Origin: an uncultured archaeon
GTDB taxonomy: Archaea > Asgardarchaeota > Lokiarchaeia > Sigyniarchaeales > SOKP01
Direction: 5' to 3'
Length of the DNA stretch: 57,301 nucleotides
Assembly (NCBI GenBank): GCA_964493715.1
Contig: CAZBPC010000014.1
Coordinates: 1-57,301 of the forward strand
Shown: in pieces, positions 50,301 to 57,301 of the stretch
How positions within the stretch are numbered: position 1 is the first letter of the stretch
Layout: each line of letters starts with the position of its first letter
Program-made: the position numbers and the translations under genes
Notes under the pieces: model-generated
Databases searched by the model: none
What the model was told of the DNA's origin: nothing
The model's input: the letters and a program-made list of their open reading frames with translations, nothing else

Positions 50301-51372
50301 TTTTTTTAATTACTTCATTAGATTTTTCTAATTTCTTTCTTTCTTCAATATCTCTAATGAAATTCTTAACGGGTTGAATGTAAGAATCCCAATCTATTGA
50401 TTTAAATATATCAATAGCTTGCTGATATTTCTCAATTGCTTTATCATATTGTTTTTCTCTTTCCATCCTTTTTCCGATATCAATTAGCGTAAAAGCATCT
50501 GTTTGTACTTTTTCTTCATTTAATTTTTCTACTTCAAGTTTTTTAGCGGAAAACTCATATGCTTGTTCCATTTTTTTTTCTATAAGGGTTTCGTCGGATT
50601 GAATTCTTGCAGATTTAGACTTTTGATACGCGTCGAAAGTTGCTTTATCTTGCTTTAATTTTTCGAGAATCATCTGTAAATTATTGGTTTGCTCTTGCCA
50701 ACCAATTGAATTTAGTAGCTCTATAGCATTTTGGTAATTTAAAATCGCTTCATCATATTTCCTATCTTTTTCGTAGAATTTTGCATTATCAATAAAAGCA
50801 AACGCATCATTTTGGATCTGTTCTTCTTTCGCTTTTGCATCTTTAAATCTCAAGAGCTCCTCAGCTTTAGAATCATCCTTTTTCTTTCCAAATGCTCCCA
50901 CAATTTGAGGTCGTGACATTTCATAAGCAGGTTCAACTTGTTGATTCTTCATTTTTTCTGATAATTGATGAAGTTTATTTCTTAAATTATCTAATTGTGT
51001 ATCAGACCAACCTGCTTGAAAAAGTAAATTTATAGCGGAATTATATTGCTCTATTGCATTATCAAATTGACCATTTTTTTCAAAATTATTAGCAGCATCT
51101 ATAAGCGAAAAAGCCTGCTCTTGGAAGCTCTCCAATTGGGATTTTAATTGAGTTTGCTGTAGTAATCGTTCATTTTTAAGGCTTTCTTTTAATCGCTCAA
51201 CTCGTTCATAGATGTCATTAATACGAAGGGAAATATATCCACTTTTTTTCAATAATTCAGCAGCAGTTAAATAATTTTCAATAGCTTTGGTTAAATCTCC
51301 TTTCTCTTCATCAATTTGAGCGGTATCTAAAAACCTTATAGCCTCTTGGGCAATACTTTCTTTTTTTTCCAT
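44377..51372 (-). CDS. giant repeat protein of about 20 MIT/TPR-like helical units linked by E/K/R/Q-rich helices
   Basis: 2331 aa; recurring AF.L.D.A......G.YD.AI..Y..A..I...I.(W/FP). Confidence 0.85.
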   Translation of the reverse strand: MEKKESIAQEAIRFLDTAQIDEEKGDLTKAIENYLTAAELLKKSGYISLRINDIYERVERLKESLKNERLLQQTQLKSQLESFQEQAFSLIDAANNFEKNGQFDNAIEQYNSAINLLFQAGWSDTQLDNLRNKLHQLSEKMKNQQVEPAYEMSRPQIVGAFGKKKDDSKAEELLRFKDAKAKEEQIQNDAFAFIDNAKFYEKDRKYDEAILNYQNAIELLNSIGWQEQTNNLQMILEKLKQDKATFDAYQKSKSARIQSDETLIEKKMEQAYEFSAKKLEVEKLNEEKVQTDAFTLIDIGKRMEREKQYDKAIEKYQQAIDIFKSIDWDSYIQPVKNFIRDIEERKKLEKSNEVIKKKRELEIEKIQKTIFSKESGVLEKTNKELEERRLKYEAQRRQEQHQEQEFLKILEDADDTLQNKREFDAAILKYQQALDLLEKLGKDWESYKTTIKSTIENVKILKEQQLKKEFEERKRLDEKEESHLIFQQQISNLLERERNRIKKQEIVILSKNEELKIREKRKKDAFEILENAQKYIREGDLDNAILSYTKAINIFAEIHWIDEIPLIENSIKELELRKREEIKLKQEERQKSLIRLQKEQEFQEQISKQLEIERMKLKQQDIKMRERANELEYREKRKEEAFQLMDEAQIQLMQGDFDSANKIYNSIVNIFADIQWYDEIELIQNSILEIEQKKRKVQEKKEKGLRDKLEKEQSERAFQTQLIAQMRIQQENMKKQEITLREHEKELEYREKRKNEAFLLISKAQDLISLTNYDEAIELYHEVANIFAQIQWKEELPLIDQAIRDIGNKKVEKEEWKRKTLEEGINRETAYKRFIDQVKRQREVEKIKIQKEVEQLERKKVLSAQNLKKQEKALKLIETADELIKQEQYEEAMSNYTLSIKDLEEIGWTGGYLKLLKETLDSIYTRKVEKEQEKNRQEKLIQEGKLEEEIFNKKIKRQMEWEQERLQKKQIEVQKLEDTKARMELQRVKAFKLLDNAEVLLNQGDYVQSIQTYRQAGLILSEIDFPTDAITAMIHKIQVKKREDELLKQKELEDKVRLEKENKKFQENMQKLMIEDAKRIKLKQIKVKQEEERKTYMEQKKEEAFTILEQAENLVSRGNYDEVFEMYRKAELILNEIQFPTDLIKETRITLQEKRFQEDLSKQKGMERQLQKEREEALFQKKLSIQMREERERLNQKFLLLTKKESLSKEHEEQRILAFSLIDKAQDKVIKGDFDGGIADYQKVESIFKVIGWKEELPLIMQSISDLKFRKKEQEISKQKLEEAKIKREKENNEFQKSLLLHLQQEKKKVREKQIAIRQHQEELQFREHRKDQAFNLMDDAKKLVDQGKFDDAIDIYLQVEEIFAEIQWLDELNLIRTSIIEIQMKKKNAFMIKQQELQEKIKNEREEYEFQRQLSNQNIAEQEILKKREIKIKERNAELKIKEAQREEAFKLLDQAQELSSQKKYDEAIEIYHIVANKFARIGWLEEAPFIYQAIQDAENKNKELKIIKQRKFIETVEKENVNQEFIQKIKLQRQQEDIKLKEESAKMKQLKQMKEEGKEKEKIALKLIDDADNLLKNELFDEAIAKYVEAINIFVEIGWSESYLTILKESVQYTKQKKQELENRKELERAKTINEIQEQKLFEKELKEQMEREQERLRAKQFEIKKREEWIQLINERKEEAFKIIDEAQYLLDKGQYKKSIEKYYQAELVLSEISYPTDVIRETVQQIQIKMQEDNLLKQQEFERSLKKEEEEIAFQLKIAESLKQEKTKLKMKTVQLKEQKEQRRYMENRKEQAFNLLDNAEIFMKNGNYEKSIEFYRSAELILNELRFPTESITQMIKKVSDMQKQKSIEKQQALERQLQKKREEILYQQKITEDMSKEKKRLESKHIKVLEKTQLAAIAEKKKEEAFSILDGAKELMQEKKYDDAIKAYRNAMIILNEIQFPTEALNETINKLLDMKKQQEQDEEFEYQKRVDSFQENRRFQLLLEERKRQEREQATARNLALKERERLVQEQMTNREVAYSLLEEAGKYLKKQVPDYDNAISLYIQSRNILAEKIGWEPEIKNLNNLIRDLEIEKTEYFKKKWQEEQLNIKRQREYERFQEEVRKRNLEYEIQKKEQDRKLRDQYISRKKADKLKEEGLDLIDKGREKAFKNDFISAYDAFERAIKKFKQIGWQDEISYIQKEIENIKLMEKRFKEEEIKAQKIHEVLLQRKRREKLLAEKREKELSQTVSEVSNIAGEITNILKIKKKELKLLEEQKKERIKNEAIGYRKSLTEVINLKKDLIDEINQSEEKRKLKDEEFQITKDKEKADEIKRMLKEVGKKKK

Positions 51373-51594
51373 ATGAATTTCAACTCATCCGACTATTATA
51401 TTATAATAAAAAGAAGTTGGTTTTAAAAAAATAATCTAAATTTTCAATAAATCACGCGATTCTTTAATTAAATTTTTTATATTGCCCGAATTATAAGTAA
51501 TAAAATGATTAAGAGAACGTGGATATAATCTTTCTCATTGCTAAAGATAAAAATAATACTAGATTATTCAAAAATAACATTCTGGAATTCAACG

Positions 51595-53556
51595 ATGACA
51601 TTTCATAATAAAAATATTGTTATTGATTTTGAACCAATTTCGCGAAGAATTTATTATTCCGATAATGAGACAATTTATCACGCTTTAACCAAATCTGGCA
51701 TTCGAGTCAATTCCCTTTGTGGGGGAAAAGGTACATGTGGGAAATGCAAGCTCTTAATACAAAAAGGATTGAATCTTTTTAATGACTATACTAAACCAGA
51801 ATTAGAAAAACTTTCAAAAAATGAAGTAAAGAAAGGATGGAGATTAGCTTGTCAAGCTATACTTGATTTGAGAAAGGTTGAACAAATGACAGATCCCCAA
51901 GCTCTACATGTGCGAATTTTTTTACCCGACGACTTGTTAATAGAAGATTTCAAAATATTAACAACAGGTGTTGATAAAGGCATTCAATTAATTCCCAACG
52001 TATTAAAATTACGAGTACATCCAGACAAGCCATCTTTGAGCAAACCAATTCCAGATTTTGAAAGAATATTATCATCTTTACCCCTTGATCAATTAAAACC
52101 AAGTAAAGATATTGTAATTGATTATAACGTTTTAAAAAACCTTCCTGATCTGATTCGAACTCAAGAAGATGAGCTTACTTTCACTATTTTAAATCAAAAA
52201 CATATTATTGATTGTGAACCTGGAAATACTTCTGAAAAGAATTTTGGAATTGCTTTTGATATTGGTACAACCACGATTGTAGGTTATTTAATGAATCTAA
52301 ATGATGGTAAAATATATGCCGTATCTTCACTTCTAAATCCTCAAACCGCTTATGGTGAGGATGTTATTACAAGGATAACTTATATCAGAGATAATGAAGA
52401 TGGTTTAAATCAACTCAATACCGCGGTAATTAATGCACTTAACACCATTATAAACAAAACTTGCAAAAAGGCGCGGATAGAACCCTCTAATATTTATGAA
52501 ATCTCAATAGTTGGTAATTCAGTAATGCATCACATCTTCTTAGGTATTAATCCAACTTTCATAGGGTTAAGTCCATATGTTCCAGCGATACAACGAAACT
52601 TGAATGTAAAAGCTAAAAATTTAGGATTATCCATTTCTACAGAAGGAAATGTTCACATCCTCCCCTTGATTGCTGGTTTTGTTGGAGCAGACACAATAGG
52701 TGTCATTCTTTCCTCTCAAATTGAAAATGAATCCGATCTAACACTAGCTATCGATATTGGAACTAATGGAGAAATCGTAATTGGAAACAAGGATATTTTA
52801 GCAACTGCTTCATGTGCAGCAGGTTCTGCTTTGGAAGGCGCTCACATTCAACATGGGATGCGCGCTGCTGCAGGAGCCATCGATACAATAAAAATCGACC
52901 CAAAAGACTTAACGGTTGATTATTCAACCATTAATCAAAAAAAGCCCCTTGGTATTTGTGGATCTGGACTAATAGATGCTGTAGCAGAATTATTAAAAGC
53001 AAGAGTTCTTACTCGTAGTGGAAATTTTAATAAAGAATTAATTGAAAATGATAGAATCATTAATACTGGAAAAGCAGTCGAATTCATTATAGCTGATAAG
53101 GATGAAACTTCAACGGGAAAACATATTACAATCTCTCAACACGATATTAGAGAATTACAAATGGCAAAAGGCGCATTTTATTCTGGAATGCGACTAATTC
53201 TTTCTTACTTAGATCGTACAAGGAACTTCCATCATGAAATTCAACAAATATACTTAGCGGGAGCGTTTGGGAATTACATTAATAAAGCGAATGCGAAATT
53301 TATAGGAATGATACCAGATATTACTGATAATAAAATATTTCAAATTGGCAATGCTGCTGGGATGGGTGCTCAACATTGCTTAATTAATAAGAATCTTCGA
53401 CAAAAAGCACAAGATTTATTAAGAAAAATCGAATACATCGAAATTGCTGTGGAAAAAGATTTTCAACAAGAATTTGCTAAAGCAATGTATTTTCCTCACT
53501 TCAACCTTGATTATTTTCCTTCGCTACAAGAATATAAATATATCCCGAAGCGATGA
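51595..53556 (+). CDS. reductive activator of corrinoid proteins (RACo/AcsV; 2Fe-2S + ASKHA, DUF4445)
   Basis: CGGKGTCGKC, RLACQ, FDIGTTT, NPQ..YGEDVITR, GFVGAD, DIGTNGE, GICGSG, LAGAFG; start placed at ATG 51595. Confidence 0.92.
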   Translation: MTFHNKNIVIDFEPISRRIYYSDNETIYHALTKSGIRVNSLCGGKGTCGKCKLLIQKGLNLFNDYTKPELEKLSKNEVKKGWRLACQAILDLRKVEQMTDPQALHVRIFLPDDLLIEDFKILTTGVDKGIQLIPNVLKLRVHPDKPSLSKPIPDFERILSSLPLDQLKPSKDIVIDYNVLKNLPDLIRTQEDELTFTILNQKHIIDCEPGNTSEKNFGIAFDIGTTTIVGYLMNLNDGKIYAVSSLLNPQTAYGEDVITRITYIRDNEDGLNQLNTAVINALNTIINKTCKKARIEPSNIYEISIVGNSVMHHIFLGINPTFIGLSPYVPAIQRNLNVKAKNLGLSISTEGNVHILPLIAGFVGADTIGVILSSQIENESDLTLAIDIGTNGEIVIGNKDILATASCAAGSALEGAHIQHGMRAAAGAIDTIKIDPKDLTVDYSTINQKKPLGICGSGLIDAVAELLKARVLTRSGNFNKELIENDRIINTGKAVEFIIADKDETSTGKHITISQHDIRELQMAKGAFYSGMRLILSYLDRTRNFHHEIQQIYLAGAFGNYINKANAKFIGMIPDITDNKIFQIGNAAGMGAQHCLINKNLRQKAQDLLRKIEYIEIAVEKDFQQEFAKAMYFPHFNLDYFPSLQEYKYIPKR

Positions 53557-53827
53557 TAATCCCAAATAACAATATATTGACAAAATGATTATAAGAAAAT
53601 CGAATTTTAATATAGATTCTTTTATGTAACGAAAATTTTCTTTTATAATCTTGAAAAATAGGGTAAAAATATTTAAGAAATAAAGATATTAATTTTTTAT
53701 CTGATACATTGTATCCTTTAAAATAGAATAGAATTAAATAAATTCTTAAATAACTATTAAGATAATAACTTATATACAAAGTTAAATTTTTTATATATAT
53801 CAAAATAATTCAAGGAAAAGATACTCC

Positions 53828-54355
53828 ATGTCAAGTTTTAAACTCAAAATTCTGCTAACTGGAGCAGCTGCAGTCGGTAAAACAAGTTTGGTTCAAAGAT
53901 TCATCAAAAATCGTTTTGCAGCCAATTATAAATTGACCGTAGGCGTTGATATATTAACTAAGGATGTAGAATTTAGACCGGGAGAAATCGCGACTCTCTC
54001 AATATGGGATATTGGAGGCCAGCAAAGATTTGAATTTATTCGATCTACCTTTTATAAAGGTGCTGCCGGGGCATTGCTAGTTTTTGATTTAACCCGTGAA
54101 CAAACATATATAGAAACTCGTAAGTGGTTGACTGAAATCAGGCAATTCGCCGGAGAAAACATTCCGTTTGTCTTGATCGGCAATAAAGCAGATTTAGTCG
54201 AGGATGTGGGCGTGGTTATTGACCGTGAAGAAGCTAGAAAATTCGCTGAAAGCGAAGGAAGCATTTACCTTGAAACCTCAGCGAAGACAGGGATCCACGT
54301 CGATGAATCTTTTACTGAATTAACTCGCCGGATTATTGATTCTCGAACTCAATAA
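53828..54355 (+). CDS. Rab-like small GTPase (Ras superfamily)
   Basis: GAAAVGKTS, TVGVD, WDIGGQ.RF...RSTFYKGA, NKAD, ETSAK; no C-terminal prenylation Cys. Confidence 0.95.
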   Translation: MSSFKLKILLTGAAAVGKTSLVQRFIKNRFAANYKLTVGVDILTKDVEFRPGEIATLSIWDIGGQQRFEFIRSTFYKGAAGALLVFDLTREQTYIETRKWLTEIRQFAGENIPFVLIGNKADLVEDVGVVIDREEARKFAESEGSIYLETSAKTGIHVDESFTELTRRIIDSRTQ

Positions 54356-54610
54356 GAATTCGGAAGTAATTATTTCAAAAATTTAATATTTTTACTAATT
54401 TTCTTACAAAATACGTTTTTAGGATAATTCCTAATAACGCCGTTGCGTTGTTAGTATCAATGACCGGCATCGAAATTTTCGCCTATCTCAAGAAATAATG
54501 CGAAAACGTGGGTTAGGGAATAGGGTATTTTAGATCAAATTGCTAAAAAATAATAAGTATCTATGGTTTAATATATCTTAGAACCTTAAAATTTATAAAA
54601 GGAACTTACT

Positions 54611-54796
54611 ATGGCAACGGAAAAAGAAAATATTTTACATATGATAAAGGAGCTCCCTGAGGATAGCACATTAGAGGATATCATGTATCACTTATATGCT
54701 AGAGAAAAGATTATCCGTGGTTTAAAAGATGCTGATGAAGGAAGAAAAGTTTCAAATGAAAAAGCAAAAGAAGTTATCGAAAAATGGTTCAAATAG
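54611..54796 (+). CDS. putative type II antitoxin
   Basis: 61-aa protein of the LPED..LEDIMY.LY..EKI..GL.D..EGR type, overlapping the RelE/ParE start. Confidence 0.75.
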   Translation: MATEKENILHMIKELPEDSTLEDIMYHLYAREKIIRGLKDADEGRKVSNEKAKEVIEKWFK

Positions 54797-55068
54797 AATA
54801 GACTGAACGTTCTTTAGAAGACCTAAATGAGATACATGATTACATAGCTCGAGACTCTAAAAGTTATGTAAACTTATTTATTAAGATGATATATAATACA
54901 GTTCAGAAATTAAAGGAATTACCAAATATAGGTAGAATCGTACCTGAAGTCAACATTCCATCTGTAAGAGATATAATTTTCCAAAATTATCGAATAATTT
55001 ACAGAACTATGAATGATTTTGTTGAAATAATTACTGTGTTCCATGGTAGTCACTTATTAAGATTATAG
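54784..55068 (+). pseudogene. RelE/ParE toxin interrupted by in-frame TAG at codon 6
   Basis: MVQIE*TERSLEDLNEIHDYIARDS...LP.IGRIVPE...R.I....YRIIY....EIITVFHG; TAG at 54799-54801. Confidence 0.82.
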
Positions 55069-55082
55069 AGCCTTAATTACCT

Positions 55083-55358
55083 ATGATTAATATGATTGAA
55101 AGACAAGATGAATTTCATCTAGAGATAAAGAATAAATTCAAGAAAAAAGAACCAATTCGATTAGGAGCGGCTATATTAGCAGCAAACTTGGTTATTATCT
55201 ATTTTCTAATTCAACTGTTCACTCTGATCGATATCATGTTTTGGTTTTTATTGATGATTGTTGAAATTGCGTTTATCTTCTTAGGAATTTCAGCCATAAA
55301 CCAGAATATAAGATTTTTGAAGTATGTAATTAATATGTTTGAGAAATCATGTATGTAA
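55083..55358 (+). CDS. small two-TM membrane protein
   Basis: two hydrophobic helices. Confidence 0.55.
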   Translation: MINMIERQDEFHLEIKNKFKKKEPIRLGAAILAANLVIIYFLIQLFTLIDIMFWFLLMIVEIAFIFLGISAINQNIRFLKYVINMFEKSCM

Positions 55359-55813
55359 CGACTTATGAAACTGAGATGAGTTTTGGAACATTTTCGCCAG
55401 TTCCAAAAATTATTAAATTAGAGTGTAGTGGCCATGGAACTGAACTGGAGCCTTTTATTATAACTGGTGAAACACATCTACCAAAATTTTTCAGAATAGA
55501 AAATTCAAATCATTTTGTCATATTTCAAAATTCCAAAATAATAACAGCACATATTAAAAAAAGTCAAAATATAAGCTTTGATCATTCACAAATTAAATCT
55601 ATAGGATTTGTCAAGTGTAAGAAATGTTCATTAAAAGACACTACCATAACTTATTCCTTAACAGTAAAGAAGTGTTCAATGATAGAGATTCAAAGATGTA
55701 CAATTTCTAAGGTAAAGATAACCAAATCTAAAGATATTTCATTAGACAATAATGAAATCAAATGGCTCGAGAAATCAAGGACTAAAATTATTGATCCAAT
55801 GACTGAAATTTAG
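55349..55813 (+). CDS. hypothetical protein, right-handed beta-helix-like
   Basis: GHGT...PFII followed by repeated I..S.NI.F..S/C motifs. Confidence 0.55.
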   Translation: MYVTTYETEMSFGTFSPVPKIIKLECSGHGTELEPFIITGETHLPKFFRIENSNHFVIFQNSKIITAHIKKSQNISFDHSQIKSIGFVKCKKCSLKDTTITYSLTVKKCSMIEIQRCTISKVKITKSKDISLDNNEIKWLEKSRTKIIDPMTEI

Positions 55814-55881
55814 AAAACTCTTAGTACTCTTAGTATATCAAAGCTGGATAGAAGTAAATTAAATTATATAAGTGATAAAAA

Positions 55882-56415
55882 ATGGATGAAATTGAGATAG
55901 AGGGACAGTATCGGACAATTGGGATTATAGAAATGACTTTAGTTGTTATTTTTTTAATAGCATGTAATATTTTTTTTCTATTCTATACCAAATATGTATT
56001 TTGGACAATTATTTTTGCTATATCTGAAATAATTGCCTTTTTTTTAATATTTAGGTTTAGGAACCATAAAGTCTACTATCTAACTTATATTTATTTCCGA
56101 CCATTATTCAGAGAGAGCGTGATAAGGATTTCAGATGAGTATATCACCGTAAAGGTTCAAAATACGCCATATTTCTTTATATTTTGGAAAGATGTTGATA
56201 TGATTGAGATTAAATATATTAAACTACCCTATTTACATTGGAAGCGACTCATTCGATTCATTTCTTATGAAGCTTTGATTACTTTTACCAAAAATAATAA
56301 TCATAGCTTTTTAAAGTTGAGTTCTTTCAATTTTAACAAGAAAAAGTGTATTAATATGATTTCGGTGTTGAAAGAAAGAGCAGATTTCTTACATAAAACC
56401 ATTAAGAATGAATGA
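55882..56415 (+). CDS. hypothetical membrane protein (2 TM + PH-like domain)
   Basis: two TM helices, then I.ISDE.I.V....I.WKDV..I.I pattern. Confidence 0.6.
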   Translation: MDEIEIEGQYRTIGIIEMTLVVIFLIACNIFFLFYTKYVFWTIIFAISEIIAFFLIFRFRNHKVYYLTYIYFRPLFRESVIRISDEYITVKVQNTPYFFIFWKDVDMIEIKYIKLPYLHWKRLIRFISYEALITFTKNNNHSFLKLSSFNFNKKKCINMISVLKERADFLHKTIKNE

Positions 56416-56677
56416 TTTTGTACATAGAAAGAAAGAAAAAGCACGATTCTGCTTGAATTTGTTGTTAATAATTATTTTTTATGTAATTTGTTCAATAATA
56501 ATAACCTTCCTTTTAACAAAATACTATTATCAAAGAATTCAACCTTTAGTTCATTATATTCCGTGGTTCATGATGGTTCAGAACTCACCTTGCGGCATTA
56601 TACCGTACCCCGCAGATCCCTTAATGATACTTAAGTTATACTTAAGTATTTATGGGCTACAAGGATGGCATCTTTGA
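56408..56677 (+). CDS. short membrane ORF, possibly truncated
   Basis: one TM helix; 3' end runs into the convergent aspartokinase gene. Confidence 0.35.
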   Translation: MNDFVHRKKEKARFCLNLLLIIIFYVICSIIITFLLTKYYYQRIQPLVHYIPWFMMVQNSPCGIIPYPADPLMILKLYLSIYGLQGWHL

Positions 56678-57299
56678 CGTTTTCGTTATGAATGACTAAT
56701 GATAGGTTTAATTCTTTAGTACTTTGAGACATCGCTATGACGGGAATATTTTTTTCATCAAGAGCAGTAAAAATCAATGCTTTAGTCTTGTTTTCTAATA
56801 TTTTCGTGCCGGTGATATTTAGAATTGCGACCATTTCGTGGGTAATTTTAAAAAATTCGGAGAAATATCCCGCTTTTTCTAAGGCATCCAGGGCTTTTTT
56901 GGAATCTTCTTTTTTCACAATAAAAGCGGTGCTAACCTCTGAAGCACTTTGTGCAACAAGAGATACGCTTATGTTGTTCTTGCTCATTACTTTAAAGATT
57001 TTTGCAAGTACCCCTGGAACATCTACCAAACTTCCAGAAGAAACAGTTATTAATGAGGAATTCTCTTCACAAGAGATCCCCTTAATCTGGCCTTTATCAG
57101 ACATTTCAGAAATTCGAGTATAATTAAATTCTTCGAGTGGTTTTTGAAAATTTCGTATCTCAAGGGGTATTTTTTTCTTTTCAATTGCTTCCAAGCATTT
57201 AGGGTGGAGAATTTTCGCGCCAAAATTAGCAATGTGCATTGCTTCGTTATAATCCAAGTTTCGAATGAGAGAGGATTTTGGATCGTATTTTGGATGTAT
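56631..57299 (-). CDS. lysC: aspartate kinase, C-terminal part with two ACT domains (5' end outside window)
   Basis: frame open to the window edge: ..HPKYDP..LIRNLDYNEA..IANFGAKILHP; PGVLAKIF..M..NNISV; QSASE. Confidence 0.88.
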   Translation of the reverse strand: MHPKYDPKSSLIRNLDYNEAMHIANFGAKILHPKCLEAIEKKKIPLEIRNFQKPLEEFNYTRISEMSDKGQIKGISCEENSSLITVSSGSLVDVPGVLAKIFKVMSKNNISVSLVAQSASEVSTAFIVKKEDSKKALDALEKAGYFSEFFKITHEMVAILNITGTKILENKTKALIFTALDEKNIPVIAMSQSTKELNLSLVIHNENVKDAILVAHKYLSIT

Positions 57300-57301
57300 G
57301 G

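Noticed and set aside
53501-53803. 100-aa minus-strand ORF
   Set aside because: It is extremely AT-rich intergenic/promoter sequence that overlaps the RACo gene end and has no motif.
54455-54495. SECIS or hammerhead ribozyme at CAATGA...CGAAA
   Set aside because: There is no GA opposite the AUGA after a proper stem, the upstream Rab gene has no UGA, and the hammerhead CUGANGA core is not matched.
1-57301. CRISPR array, rRNA, transposase or integrase
   Set aside because: I saw no regularly spaced repeats, rRNA-like segments or recombinase/transposase motifs.

Overview
This is an AT-rich archaeal chromosome segment, very probably from an Asgard archaeon of the Lokiarchaeia type. The assignment is inferred from co-occurrence of a Rab-like GTPase, a ubiquitin E2, a Uba3-like E1, an IFT52/GIFT-like protein, an Sds22-type LRR protein, a GPN GTPase, a corrinoid reductive activator and a doubly intron-split tRNA-Tyr. 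About 45 CDSs are housekeeping, metabolic or accessory. The top finding is missing from the ORF track. It is a 64-codon single-TM ORF at 11102..11296 with an in-frame UGA in a GGG-U-G-C context, followed just after its UAA by a eukaryote-type SECIS-like hairpin (AUGA...A-rich loop...GA). This makes it a candidate SelK/SelS-like Asgard selenoprotein. Other highlights are a split PEP-synthetase-like dikinase module, a duplicated E2 3' end bracketing a 2.8-kb two-gene insert, a 2331-aa rod of about 20 MIT/TPR-like units, a Whirly-like protein, a probable ATC start for trmB, and two genes broken by stops at probable Trp positions. All homology calls come from motif recognition by eye; no searches were run.
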